A DNA stretch of 64,000 bases from Haliotis rufescens (taxonomy: Eukaryota). This document shows, one piece after another, positions 1 to 13,006 of this stretch; position 1 is the first letter of the stretch; each line of letters starts with the position of its first letter. The notes beneath the pieces are model-generated. The model saw nothing but the letters and a program-made list of their open reading frames with translations, made no database searches and had not been told where the DNA came from. The DNA is taken from positions 36,270,001 through 36,334,000 of the forward strand of contig NW_025963890.1 of assembly GCF_023055435.1 (NCBI RefSeq). Direction: 5' to 3'. Made by a program: the position numbers and the translations under genes.

Positions 1-729
1 TTCGGCGTGATGAGCAAACACTTTAACCATAAGGCTACCCAACCGCCCCCTGATATACCTGGAAAATAGTTAAGCACATCTTCTTATATCCAGTATTATC
101 GTGTGATGAAACACGTGTATTTTTCTTTACATACTCAAATGGAAATAATTTGAGAACCCTTCTACTTCTTCCCCTGATTTTTTAAATAAGACTCCCTACC
201 TGCGAGCATCAGGTGAAAGCTTGTTTGTGTACCAACTTTTCACCAGGTATTTGTGATATCTCAGACATTTATCAAAATGAAATTGATGCAGGCATGTGAT
301 ACTCCATTCAAAGTTGGAATTCCATCTCTTTTATCTCCATATTTTCCCAAACTCGGTACGCTGTAGTTTCTGGTGAAAACAGATCAGTTCTCAGCTTTTC
401 CTTGAATCCCATGCTTGTCCGTGTCATATGTAGATATTTCCAAAATTTACATGGACGTTTATTTTCCTCCAGTATATATCAGCTCCAGATGCTGATCACC
501 TTGTGTGATAGCATTCATCTCAGTGCTCCTTCGGACTGTCTGTGGGTGGTTTACTTATCTTGTGTTGTAGAATCATGAATTATTTTCTTGAATAGGATCC
601 ATAAACTGTTATAACTTCAACATGTGTGGAACATTTGTATTTTATACATTTCTTTTGTAAAAAGTGTACAATTGATGGTCTACATAATGCAAATAAACTA
701 TGAATTCTTCCTATGGCTACAGTGTTTAT

Positions 730-855
730 ATACTAAAAAAAATAATATTAGGGATCATAAATATACTGGGGGATATTTTTATGACATTCTGTGCTCAGTT
801 TTCACTTAAAAATTTGTCTCCTAAAATATTCATGATCCCTAACTTATTTTGTTAA
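730..855. mobile_element. Short Tc1/mariner-like MITE copy
   Basis: TTAGGGATCATAAATAT ... ATATTCATGATCCCTAA. Confidence 0.75.
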
Positions 856-1230
856 AGACAGTACACATGGGTGACAGTCTGAATTGGTGAATACTGATTG
901 AAAACACAGACCCAGGGTTTATGTTATTACATCGGAGATTGTTGGTGTCAGTGGGGAGTCTGCACTGCTTCCAGCTCTATCTCAGGCTGGCATGGACAGG
1001 TCATGGACAGGTCATGGACAGGTCATGAGCTTCACACTGTGCCATGTGGAGAGTTCAAATCAGGTCTTCACAAGACGCGCCAACTTTACTTATGTGCGAT
1101 GTGTTGGTTTGACTTCAACTCTGAAAGGATCTGACAACAAATAGCAGCAGCAGCTCAATATTCATATACACTGAGGTAGTTCTTTAACATCATTGCACTT
1201 ATATAGCGATGTGCATGCATGTGTGTCTTC

Positions 1231-1635
1231 TAGGGCTGGGACGGGTAACTCGGATACTCGGGCTGGGTGGGTACTGAGTAGGACCCGGGTACCCACAGGA
1301 CTAGCCGGAGCCATGGTCAGTCACGTGATATATTGTTTCATGACCAAAAATCACTATAACTACATGGTTACTCAAGTCACTTATGTTCATATTTCTTCAT
1401 GACTTATTTATGTTTGAATAAAGATGAAACTTGAGTCAACTTCAGTGTATGCATGACTAGATCGTTTTATAAATATGTGTATCTAAATAAATTTTGCCAG
1501 GGCTACAGTCAACTATTCCCAATCAGACATTTTGTACCTATCTTTTGAAACCAACAGTGGGTACCCAGGTAGGGTCGGGGAATAGGGGTACGGTGTGGGT
1601 ACCCGGGTAGTTAATCTGGACTGGTCCTAGCTCTA
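1231..1635. mobile_element. hAT-like MITE with 8-bp TSD
   Basis: Termini TAGGGCTGGGAC...GTCCTAGCTCTA, flanked by GTGTCTTC (1223-1230) and GTGTCTGC (1636-1643). Subterminal GTACCCGGGT repeats. A second partial copy lies at about 62390-62745. Confidence 0.8.
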
Positions 1636-1836
1636 GTGTCTGCTTGTACTACTCTGGACTAACACTGGTTCTATAGTGCTAGCCCATTCAAGTACCAAGT
1701 CCCAATTTAACATGAATACCCCACTCATACACAGTATACTGATTCTGAGCAGACCAGTCCTCAATGCAAGGCAGGGTAACAAAATGTTCTGTCTTTTGGT
1801 ATGACGCCACCGGAGATCAAACCCCCGGCCTTTTGC
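1636..1836 (-). mobile_element. SINE family C (tRNA head; resembles molluscan V-SINE/RUDI-type elements as recalled)
   Basis: CTTGTACT..GGACTAA..TATAGTGCTAGCCC..CATGAATACCCCACTCA..CAGGGTAACAA..TTTGGTATGACG..AACCC, shared with the copies at 21790, 27650 and 61130. Confidence 0.8.
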
Positions 1837-1893
1837 TGTTCAATTTGTAATCTCTGATTATCCAAGTCATGTAGAATCTGACATAAGTCAGTG

Positions 1894-2054
1894 TCAGTGA
1901 GTATGGTTTTACGCCGCTTTTAGCAATATTCCAGCAATATCACGGTGGGGCACACTAGAAATGGGCTTCACACATTGTACACATGTCGGGAATTGAACCC
2001 GGGTCTTCGGCATGATGAGCGAACACTTTAACCACTAGGATACGCGACCGCTCC
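1894..2054 (-). mobile_element. SINE family A (tRNA-Asp-like head, (TCAC)n tail)
   Basis: Minus strand has A box TAGTGGTTAAAG, B box GGTTCAATTCC and tail GCTGGAATATTGCTAAAAGCGGCGTAAAAC. A partial copy is at 1-50. Confidence 0.88.
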
Positions 2055-2059
2055 AGAAT

Positions 2060-2109
2060 GTAACATAAAACAACACACAAGGAATATGTCAATATAATGC
2101 ATATTTATT
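2060..2109 (-). terminator. Candidate polyadenylation signal with GU-rich downstream element
   Basis: Minus strand reads AATAAA (2109-2104), about 22 nt, then ttgtgtgtgtttatgtt, which is the canonical spacing. Confidence 0.5.
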
Positions 2110-5100
2110 GCTTGAGACATCAAGATGATTATATGTGTGATGTAACAACAGATCTGAATAGAAATGATATGTCGTCACAATATGGTGTATACATGTAATA
2201 TCTGGGTATTGGCAACTCATTGCACGGTCATATAGAAGTATGTACATTCTAAGCTGGGTAAGGCACACTAGGGCTATGGTCATACCGAAACAGTTGTACA
2301 TTATTTTCCTTCAATAACTCCATAGGACACTATGATGCAACAACTTGAGATGGAAACAAACAAAACTATGAACAACTTCAACTATGTTTGACTCCTGTTC
2401 TGCTGGAGCTTTTTTCTCATTGCAGTTCTTGATTAATGCAGGCTTCTGAGACTGTATGAAGGCGTATGAAACACAAAGACATTCTCGGATTTGTAAACAG
2501 AATGTCCCTACCACCAGTAGCTTTGATATATAGTAAAAAAATATTATTTGCTCAATATCTTTTTTAAGATATTCACATTTTGGAGTCATATCTGAATCTT
2601 TTTCTAACAAATGATTAATGATGTTGCATATGTATATATATTAAGCTGTTACAAATCTGGAGATACTGAGGCAAATGTTCACAATTTTCTGTATACAATT
2701 CTACATTATTTAACCTCTACAATAGCTATCAAAAAGTTCCAAATAATTATTTACCTTAAATATGTACAAGCACACTAGGGAATATTCGGTCTTGGTATGA
2801 GAAATTCAAATTTAAAAAAGGTATTAAACTTTATGCACAATATATTCCAAGCATGTGTAAAGGTATCACAATGATTGACAAGTCAATGTCCAAGGCTGTA
2901 TCTGCATAGTCTTGACACATGGACATTGCTCGGTACATGTTGTCAGATGAATGGGTGCCAAGGACTCTGTACAACAGTATAACAAACGTATGCAAAGCAC
3001 TCAATCAATTTTAAATGTACACGTAAATGCTCAATCTGGCAAGCTGATGATTAACACTAATCAGTTTAGGACAACAATTAAACCACACAGTACAGACAGG
3101 ATGGATTGGCTTTGGTATTAATCACATACATGGATGAAAATTTGAAGATTTTATCCTTAACAAATATGTCAATATCTGACAAAACAGTACCATAAATATT
3201 TACTGGGATACCTTCTCGAATAGCTACTCACAACTTTATGAAAATTTATAATGTGTGACATGTATAAACCACACATTTCAAATAAATTTATTCATTCTTG
3301 AAGTAGTCATGCCAGTTTTCATAAACATAAATATCCATAAATTTAACATTCAAATAAGAATTAGTTCAAACAGCTATGTTCAAACAATTAACATGTTAGT
3401 ATGGCTGTACATGCATTCTTTCCACCGTCACACTGCCCTGAAACACCGGCACTTGGCACTGACCAGGGTTTTGTGGGGAAGTTTCAGCCATATGTTTCAT
3501 ATACAACTATATTTGTGCAGTTGCCCAATTGGAGATGAATAAATACTTGATATTTCATATATTTGATGGCTAAAGGTATATTTCAATAGTATAGTAGTAA
3601 TGCTTAAAAATATTTTCAGAATCAAAATCAAAAGCAGCTTGATGAAACTGTCTCACATTTCAATATGAATACACCTTTCTTGACCTGACACCAGGTGTTC
3701 TGGAAGACTTGCTGATGAATCCTGATTGAACCTCAGTATATGACAAAATGTATGAAAGAACACATTTCAGATATTTTTATCATTTTATCAATTTCTCGAA
3801 GTATAACAAGGAATTACATAACGCGTGCTGTGGATTTGATTAAAGTTGCAATGAAACATGGAGTGGCTGCCTCGAGTTGTACAGAATGGAGTGCGATTAT
3901 GTGGGGAAACACTGGTACGAGTAGTCATGTACAATGTATCACGTTCATTGGCTGTAGATTCTTGTTCAAATTCAACATCATACATAAACGTATATGTATA
4001 CTTTTGTTCTAACAACAATTTGGTATAAAAGCAAAGAAACAGGTACCTGAGTCAGATGCAGATGACTAACTCACTCTGCAGTATGTACCTGTGATTAAAT
4101 ACATGTACACACACACCTGCATTTATTACAGTTCATGCTGAAAACCTTTGCACCAGATAGCCTTAATGGAACCATGAAGATCCAGGTTAGAATCGTTCTT
4201 CAGCAACCTATGCTTGCTGTAAAAAGTGATTAAGAGGATCAGTGGTCAGGCTCGCCGACTTGGTTGATGCATCGATTGCATCCCAACTGCATGAATCGAT
4301 GCTCATGATATCAATCACTGGATTGTCTGGTCCAGACTCGATTATCCACAGACTGCCATCATATAGCTGGAATATTGTTGAGTGCAGCGTTAACAACAAA
4401 CAGACACTACACTATGGCCTTTTGTTTAAACCAAAATAAATGTTACTAGACTAGGCCTGAGTGCCAGAATGTAATTGGATATTTCTAGTTTTTGATAAAT
4501 TTCAGGTAAGTCTGTGTGCAGATTTTCAGGAAAGCATGTGTAGCACCAGTCAATTACCAGCTACTGGTCAACAGGTGCGTTTGACCACAACATTTCCAAT
4601 ATCCCTCATCAACGCTTCAGAGACGGACAGATATTGACAGTTCCACATGTATATTACATTCAGGTAAATGTACACACCTACTACGGTCACAGAATATATT
4701 ATTATTGGCCTTTGCATACAAAGCAAGCTCAACGCGATATCTACAATGATATGTACATTTGTTCATGTTAGACAGCTCTGATGATTGATCACCACGATGC
4801 AGGATGATGCAGTATTTTGATTGACCAACATACATTGCCTGTATAATATAATGAAATATATATGCTTTTGGCAAAGTTTGTACATTTCAGATCCCAGTCT
4901 TCCAAGAAGGTCCCCTACAGTTTCATACATACTCTGAATATATGCTTCTTCATCTACGCCATAGCTGCACTACGCACCGTCAACGCATTTCTAGCTCTGA
5001 CAGCATCGTCAGTCTGCATCATCACTGTATGTACAAGCCGCTACTGTAATTCGCTACTGTCGAGCCTCAGGCTATAGCACCATGGAACAATGTCTAAAGG

Positions 5101-5410
5101 GAATGTGGTACAACCCCAGGATTTGAAAGTTGTTGATGTGTTTTGCTTAATTCTACAGCTACGTTTCCAAAAATCTTGTCTGAATTATATTCATATTTTG
5201 GATACACTTTTCCAACCGTCACCCTTAATTTGAAAACAATATTGCAATAAATCGGATGAATTTTGTCAGTTTTAACAGTTTCTCTTATTTGAAATTATAT
5301 TTCTTAATCTCTGACTTTCACCATCATTGTCCTTTCTCCAGTACTAATACTCTCCACAATTATTACTCCTGAATTGTTCTGCGATTGTTCCTCGATTGTT
5401 CATCTATTGA
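2085..5410 (-). other. Probable 3' UTR of the AKAP2/MISP-like gene
   Basis: Follows the stop codon and has no coding signal. Minus-strand AATAAA at 4122-4127, 3287-3292 and 2104-2109. Confidence 0.5.
4175..4403 (+). mobile_element. SINE family B, inside the probable 3' UTR
   Basis: GAAGATCC(A/G)GGTTAGAA..CTTCAGCAACC.ATGCTTG..GGTCAGGCTCGC.GACTTGGTTGA..GCTGGAATATTG..AACAACAAAC. Homologous to the copies at 22468, 39700, 46635 and 52575. Confidence 0.85.
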
Positions 5411-5552
5411 TCAGTTGTTACATATCTGTTCCCACTGAGCAGCTACGTTCCCTTTCTTGTTTGAAGATTGTTCTCCGTCAGACTTCCCATTCGGAGTTGC
5501 CTCCCTTGGACTGCTGGGGCCTTCTTCATCCCCTGGTGTGGCCCTCTGTTTC
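5411..5552 (-). CDS. Terminal coding exon of the AKAP2/MISP-like protein (absent from the ORF track)
   Basis: Acceptor tgtttcag|G at 5553/5552 completes AG+G=Arg. It then reads KQRATPGDEEGPSSPREATPNGKSDGEQSSNKKGNVAAQWEQICNN-stop (TGA at 5413-5411). The terminal AAQWE resembles the ALxxRWE-type end recalled for AKAP2/MISP proteins. Confidence 0.85.
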
Positions 5553-6145
5553 CTGAAACATACGATATGTTTGTTGATGATATGATGTCATCATATATCT
5601 GGGGCAACCATCCGAGAGAAGTCTGTCATTATTTCATGGTCTTAGAGTGACATACAACAGTTTTATCCACTGTCAGTAAGAATAAAACAATTTCAAACAA
5701 AACTCTTGAGCAAGTACATTTTCCAAACTGCAACTACCCCCAAACATGTTTCAGTGTGAGAGATGCGATATGTTAGATTTTCCTCCAAAGTTCATGCCTA
5801 AGAAACATTCACTCACCCACTCACATACTCAAGGATGAAGAAAACTGGCAGTTCATCTTCTTGTACAAAATTGCCATGTTTTGTGCAATGTGTTTTCTTA
5901 TTTCTTAAAACTCAAAGGCAGCATGTATAAAATTAACGTGGGAAAGGTGATAATATCTACTTTTTAACATATTTTGGAAATAATCCATTTACTGCTCAAG
6001 ACTAACCTTTGTACATATTTTTACTCGTCTTGGTGGTTTAATCTAGATTCAATCTTTGGACTATGTATTATGTACAGTGAATCTCAGGCAATGCAAAACT
6101 ATGGTTTATTGAATCAGTAAGTTCAGCTGTAGCATGCATGTTATA

Positions 6146-6271
6146 TACTACACAAAGAAGTTAGGGATCATGAATATTTGGGGGGATATTCTTATAAAAT
6201 TGACTGCTGAGTCTTCACTACAAAACAATATCCCCCAAAATATTAATGATCCCTAAATTGTTTTGTTAGTA
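6146..6271. mobile_element. Short Tc1/mariner-like MITE (3 copies: about 730-855, 6146-6271, 9643-9764)
   Basis: Inverted repeats TTAGGGATCATGAATATTTGGGGGGATATT ... AATATCCCCCAAAATATTAATGATCCCTAA, with TA flanks. Confidence 0.8.
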
Positions 6272-7619
6272 CATTCCACTTATTGTTCTCTTCTCACAAG
6301 AAAAACAAATTGCATTATGTCCATTTCTGATTTTCTTCTCTCAATCCCTGATTTTTTTTCAAACAAGAAAATCACTTTTTATAAATAGTACAGGGCTCAA
6401 AGAAATTGCAATTGTGAATAATATGTTCATATTGGGACACAGTATTCCCAGGAGTCCCAGAGCTCACAAATAGACAGACCCAGGTAAATACCTGGCGACA
6501 ACCTCTCAATAGCAATGGCTGGACTTTGACAGAAACTTTGACATATTCCATATTGTAAAGCTCTGTGGCATCAAAGTGTCAAAAACCACACAAGTTTTCC
6601 CAATTAGCACCAATGTACACTTAATAGTCTTCCCCAACATTGAGCTTCATAAGCCTTTATATCAACAACGTTTTGTCAATGGGCTTTTTGTGAGCTCTAC
6701 TTTCTCCACTGTATTTGCTACGGTCTCATAACTCAATCTGAGTAAATATTGTGCCATAGAGAAGAGATTGTAATTCGTGACACGCTACCATGGGTCACCT
6801 GATGATGACCTGCTGTTGCAATGTGAACAGGTTACCTTATATAGACGTTAGAAGTTGCCAGACGAGATTCCTAATGTATGTGCACAGTACAGCCAAACCA
6901 GTCATCATGCTGGTATACAATCATGCCTTCCTTTGAGAGCGAATATTTACACTTTCCTATCTACCTTTCAAGGCTTGTGAGGCTGATTATGACCCATGTT
7001 AGCCAATTCTACAGCTGTGTAGGAAACTGAGCTTACAATGTGATCAGAGAATAAAATTAAAACTTATCTTATCTCGCACACTCAGTATACATAATTTGCA
7101 GTTTTCTTTGAAAAATGTTTTTCTGAATGAATTTCTTTTTAAGTGCTTGTGACAAGTGTCAGTAATCCTTTCATTCAAATGAAAATCTAACAGTAATTCA
7201 GGAAATCAGTTTTTCTTTGACCACCATGTCTAAGTGACACAAAGTTATATTATAGATGGAGGAAAGTGGCCTATAGTTTGACAATGAAATGTAGGTGGAG
7301 TAAGATGACACACAAGCATGACCAGCAGTGAACCACTGGAGTGCACCTCTACACCAGATCACAACACCAGGTCAAACCTCACCTCATTCACATCACAATA
7401 TTCAGCAACGTATCTGACATTTTTATATACTTTAGGAGTGACTTAACTGTTGTAGTAACAAAATAACAAAAACACGACCTTGAAATCCTATTTCCACAAA
7501 CACCAATTTCATAAACTTCATGAACCAATAAGACATGAATGAGGAGAGTTTGCTGTCTAATCTCTACATATTTGTTGAAGTGATCACCAATCTTATCATC
7601 AACACAAAATGTGACCTAC

Positions 7620-8800
7620 CTCAGTTCATCCTCCCTCTCTCTCATTTCCCTCAGCTCTCTCTCGATCTTTGACTCGGCTGTATTCCGACTCTCTTTGTAC
7701 GAAAAGCCTGCTCCACCCGCTGACATCACCTTCCTTGACTTCAGAAGCTCAGCCTTGGGGGTTGTCTTAGCTTGGCTATCACTAACAGCACCGTCCACTT
7801 CATCCGACTTTGTTGGAGTGTACCCTCCAGACGACTTCCTAGTCACAAAGTTCTTCTTAACATTGGCATTGGTAGTTTCCTGTCCCGTGACAGCCACATA
7901 CTTGAGTGGCTGGATGTGTTCCTCGGACGTGGTGATGATCTTCCCCTCACTGCGCAGATCCATCTCCCTCTGATTCTGCTTGATGATCTCCTGCTGGAGT
8001 CTGTTGGAGGAGTAGCGCTTCATGGTGTTCTTGTTCTCCAAGGGGGACCGAAAGTACCGTGGAGAGTGCTCGGTAGAGGGCGAGGACAGAGACAGAGGGG
8101 GACCACTTCTATGCTCTGCTTTGGGATCAGGGAGATCAGGAAGACCTTTTGATCGTCTGAGTTCATTCTCCCGCTCACGGACAAGACGAATCTCCCGTTC
8201 GATTGGTGTTTCAGATTTGGGCTTGTATGCTGGAAACTCATCTTCTTCCTGATTTTGCGTGCCCAAATCAGACGGTGATTTGCCAGTGCTGTGACTAGAA
8301 GCCAGTGAGTCTACAGAACCACTACGTTTAGATTTTTGAAGGAATGGTGAAACGTCTTTTTGCCATGTCCCCTGGCGTGCTGCAGGGGAGGAGTTGGAAA
8401 CTTTTGGGGTTGTTTTAGATGCTGGTGTTGGCTGTGACTGCTGCTGTTTTGTAGGTGTTGCAACATCACTCTGTTGATGAAGTCGTGACCTCTGCTGTTG
8501 CAGTTCATCCTCCCGTTCCCTTGCTTCTCTCAACTCGCGAGCAATAAGACTCTCACCATCATGACTGTAACTTGAAATTGCCTTCTCATACGAAACACTC
8601 TTTGTCTGATTATGGTTAATATCGTTCTGTGGCTCGACTTGTTTATGATTCTGCTCAGGTTCTGGTGGTGATGCAGGCTGTTCAACTGTCTTCCCCTTCC
8701 TCTGTTGCTGAAGCTCTGCCTCCCTCTCGCGCTGTATTCGGATCTCCTTCTCGATGATGCTCTCCCTTGTTTCCTCTGCTACACCATTAGTTCTTGACTC
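7620..8800 (-). CDS. Second common coding exon of the AKAP2/MISP-like protein
   Basis: Acceptor ttttgttcttacag|GAG at 8801/8800 (phase 0, matching the upstream donor) and donor AG|gtaggt at 7620/7619 (phase 2). 1181 nt. Contains five more motif copies, including ETPIEREIRLVRERENELRRSKG. Confidence 0.92.
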
Positions 8801-9642
8801 CTGTAAGAACAAAACCTGGGTCAGTGTCTCCCAAATACAACGATGACTGATGGACTTCCTCTTCTTTATGAGGTGTTAGTACCTTTATCAACCACTTGCT
8901 TCATAAAGGTACTAGCACCTGTACCAATGTTACATTGGAACAATAAAGAAGTTGAAATCCATGTCATCTCTCACTTCAATGATACTGCAGCTTGTAAAAT
9001 GTCACTTTAAAATATTACACAATATCTTGAGGAAGAACAGTCATCAGCACTCTATCAAATACTGTCTTACACAACATTATCGAAACCTACAGGTTCTTAT
9101 CTTTTCCTACCATATGTTGGTATCATATTTTTCCTTACCATGAAAACTGGTTATTAATCACTAATGTTGGCTTGAAAAAATGGTTGTATGAATGTCAGAA
9201 CACTCCCAGTTTCCTCTGGCCAGTACAACTGACCACTATACTACACCTGCCTGACCTTGCAATCTACACAAGACCTGAAAAACTGTGAACCCAACATCTG
9301 ATCTGAATGACACATTGATAAGATGCTTATTTGATTAGCTATTGACTTCAATGAAGACTAACAGACATCTGCCATGATAATGTTTATCTTGGTTTACAAA
9401 TGGCAGAATAAACTTGTCCTGGATGTCCCAATTTCCACAAAGCATTCCCGACTTTCCTAGCGACCTGGCAGTGTAAGCGGAGGAAAGCGACATGCATGTC
9501 AATAGGCAGATTGCAGGCAGCATGTCAGCCACTAGGGATGTGATGCAGCATTCAGGACTGAACTTAATGCTTGTCTATTTCAGTAGCATGCATGTGCTCG
9601 CATATACAGTGACACTTGGATTGATAACATTATCTACTTAGC

Positions 9643-9764
9643 ATACTGAACTAAAAAAGTATTTTGGGGGATATTTTTATGAAATTGTGAGCTCAGTCTT
9701 CATAATAGTTCATTACAAAAAATATCCCAAAAATATTCATGATCCCTAACTTTTCTGTTCAGTA
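9643..9764. mobile_element. Short Tc1/mariner-like MITE copy
   Basis: TACTGAAC.AAAAAAGT ... ATGATCCCTAACTTTTCTGTTCAGTA. Confidence 0.75.
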
Positions 9765-11905
9765 TAATTACATGTTGATCTTCTTAAAAATCACTAGATC
9801 TATATTGTTTGTTTGGATTGCAAAATAATTATTGAAAATTTAATAAAAAGTATAATATTTTTAAAAATATACAAACAGTCAAACAGAAATCATCTGAGCA
9901 ACATTAAATTTCTAAACGTTTGATCTTTCTCTACAACATTGTCAGGTTGATATTTTTGTCCTTACATGAAAACCATGGTAAGATAATGCAGCCATATCAC
10001 CAAACAGAATGTTGCCAATTAAGAAAGTCTGTGTAATCCAGTAATTTGTCATCAAGTTCTCCACATACTTACTATGATCAAACTATGAAAGGCAGTTACA
10101 AAATGCCCATAAAATAAACTTAAACATGCTAGGTAAACATCAGTAATTCTAATATCCAACGCCATATAACATTGGCCAATAACATGAGGGACACATGTCG
10201 TGAGTGTGCAAGATTGCACAGTGTAAACTCTGTCTGCATTCTCATCAGAGTCTCCCTTCAAACTCCAGAACCCTTGGGTATTTGTCTGTTGTTTAAACAA
10301 CTTTTTTATATCCCCGACGCCTATTTCTTCAAAGTCTAGGATCATTAGTTTGTCTTTGTTGGTTAACTTTCAGCGCGATGAAGGATATTTCACACACAAG
10401 TGACAGTGGCCATGTTCTCTAAGATCTTCCATCATAATGAATTTACTTAAAGGTGTCATACAGTTTGGCGTAAACTGCCAAATATTTTATCTTTTTCTAA
10501 ATTTCAAGCAGAGACATTTTGGAGTCCTTTGACATACACCATGTTCTTTTGTAGCGACATATCAACTAGCCTGTGTTTTCATTTCTGAGAATAAATATGT
10601 TAGCTTTTCAGGAAGAAAATGTGATCCAACTCCAACCATCAGATACAAATATGATGTAGAGGTAGTGCTTCCTTTGTGAGTGTGAGTGAGTTAATGCTTT
10701 ATGTCACATCGGCAATATTTCAGCAATATCGTGACGAGCCTCCCTTGTAGATCATGCACCAAGCATGGCTGAAGGATTTTCAAGAATATGTGAAACTCCT
10801 TTTATATATCAAAAGGTTTTCACATTTCAAATTCTATTTTAAAAAATATTAGATTAACATTTGTATTATACTTTTTTTAATCAGCTTTAATCATATTTTA
10901 ACCTAAGTACCATGGCAATCAAATTGGGACAATAATAATTATTCTGTGCAAAATGAGTACTAATTAAAGTTTGTATGTTCGAAAGTTCAGAGGTACTGCA
11001 ATGCTACAATACAAAACTATTACATTATTCTCTGTGTTGGTCCTGTGAACAGTGACAAGCAAGTCACCATTGGAAAGTTAAAACATTAGTTATAATAACT
11101 AAAATTTGGAAATTTTAAATCCAATTTGATTTTTTTATCCCAATTTGCTGTCGACTCAGGGCCTAGCTAACATCAACTTGTGAGAACGCCTAGGTTACAG
11201 TTACATGTTAGACGTTCCTTTAAACACGGTAGATACTGTATTGTTATGACCAGCATGCTTAACATCACACGCTACCAGGATGTTGTCGGGATGTTAAACT
11301 ATTTCTAATGTAGTCCAAGAATTCCATTGGTATTGTTCATTGTGAATCTGATGCAGTCATAATCTGAGTTATAATGAAAGTATAAAAAATGGGCCTTATG
11401 TCAATAAAGCTACATCATTTGGGGAGCTTTTGATATTTGTTTAAATCCACAAATATTTAGGGAGGAAATAAATAATGGGTCTTTGTGAAATGTTAAATTT
11501 CAAAACATGAATTGAGTTTGTTTAATCTTGATCAACCTCAAGACAATATGATCTTATTGAAAATGGTAAATTGGAAGATTGACCTGCAAAACGTCACGGC
11601 ATGAATAATGCCCTTGAAATGAACTCCATCTATTCAGGTTAGGAAATAGGACCATCACTTTCCAAATGGCAGTACATGCTAATTTAAGTCTTGTTGTCAC
11701 AAAAACAATCCCTGCTCTACAATGAAAGAGACAGTTTGTCAACGAGATGTCAAACCTGCACCTTGGATATGGCTCTAGTTTTCAGCCATGTCAAGGTCAC
11801 CGAGAAATTAATGAGAAACCTCATATGTATGTTTTGATAAATGATAAATGTTAATTCTTTAAACATAATTCTTTGCAAAAAGAATAAACCCATTCATAGG
11901 AAGTA

Positions 11906-12067
11906 GTGAGCGAATTTGGTTTTACGCTGCTTTTAGCAATATTTCAGCAATATCACTGCAGGGGACGCTAGAAATGGGCTTCACACATTGTACCCATGTG
12001 GGGAATTGAACCCAGGTCTTTGGTGTGACAAGCGAATGCTTTAACCACTAGGCTACCCCACCGCCCT
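11906..12067 (-). mobile_element. SINE family A
   Basis: Full-length copy with head GGGCGGTGGGGTAGCCTAGTGGTTAAAGC..GTCAC..GGGTTCAATTCCCC. Confidence 0.9.
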
Positions 12068-12621
12068 TCATACATAGTAATGAACAACAATTGAAGGCAC
12101 AGTGCTAAGTTTGCTTTAGGGAAAACATGAGCCAACATTTTGTCAACTCTGTATAAAAGTTTATTCTATATACAGATCACGTGCAAAAGAACATTAACGC
12201 TTGTTACCAGATACACTCTTAGGAATTAAATTATGTTTGTGATCTGATTTTGCTATATCCCATGTTGACTACACACCCAGGGTAAATCACAAATCAGAGG
12301 AAGTTAAGCAATGCTGGTGTATGCACAGGGAACCCTACTCAGCACGTTTGTCTCAAGAGAGTTTCTAGGCTATCAGTTCTGCCTCAACAGGTTATAACTC
12401 ATGCAAGGTCTCTTTAGGCTAAACTTTGTTAGAAACTCGCCACTCTTCACCCACCAATGGATGGTACCTGGTCAAATAAGATGGTCAAGAAAATAGAAAC
12501 ATTCCAGCATCAAACAGCAACTTGGGTAGTATATTTGGGAACCAAGTCTAAATTAGAAGGCTGCTGTCTGGGGTAATTGTGTAGCTTCAGTGCAACAAAC
12601 TCATGCAGTATATATTTATTT

Positions 12622-12880
12622 ATTATTGACCATTCATAAGGTCATCATGGACGTATCATGTCTTATGGATCTTAGAAACTGATACTGACCAAGGATAGCA
12701 GCCAAGGTCGATATCAGTTTCTTCAATCCATGAAACATGATATTGCCCTAGTTGTGGGCAATAATTGTTTTATCACAAAATATGTAAAACAAGAAAATTT
12801 CAATATGAGTTTTTAATAACTGATGCTGCTTTACAACAAGCTTTGCGTAACGCTCTCACTGATTGGCTGAAAATATTTTT
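12622..12880. mobile_element. Foldback element, possibly a non-autonomous Crypton-type repeat
   Basis: About 140-bp imperfect inverted repeat centred on TGACCAAGG..GCCAAGGTCG, followed by CTGATTGGCTGA. The family assignment comes from recalled motifs. Confidence 0.5.
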
Positions 12881-13006
12881 CTCCTTTATATCAATTGGCT
12901 TAATCACCGAGGCAATACTGTGTTCTAAAGAAGGTCATGTGACCCTTTCTTTATTTTGAAAATACAGATATAATTTGTAAATGTTAAAGCATTCCACATC
13001 ACTCAC

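Noticed and set aside
310-470. Minus-strand frame KRPCKFWKYLH..., reminiscent of a LINE ORF2 segment
   Set aside because: Too short and degenerate to support without a profile search.
5363-5413. Possible stop-codon readthrough of the terminal TGA
   Set aside because: The context is UGA-UCA rather than the UGA-CUA motif, and only about 15 codons follow.
11990-12067. tRNA-Asp-like sequence
   Set aside because: It is the head of SINE family A. It has no proper acceptor stem and is always followed by the same body and tail.
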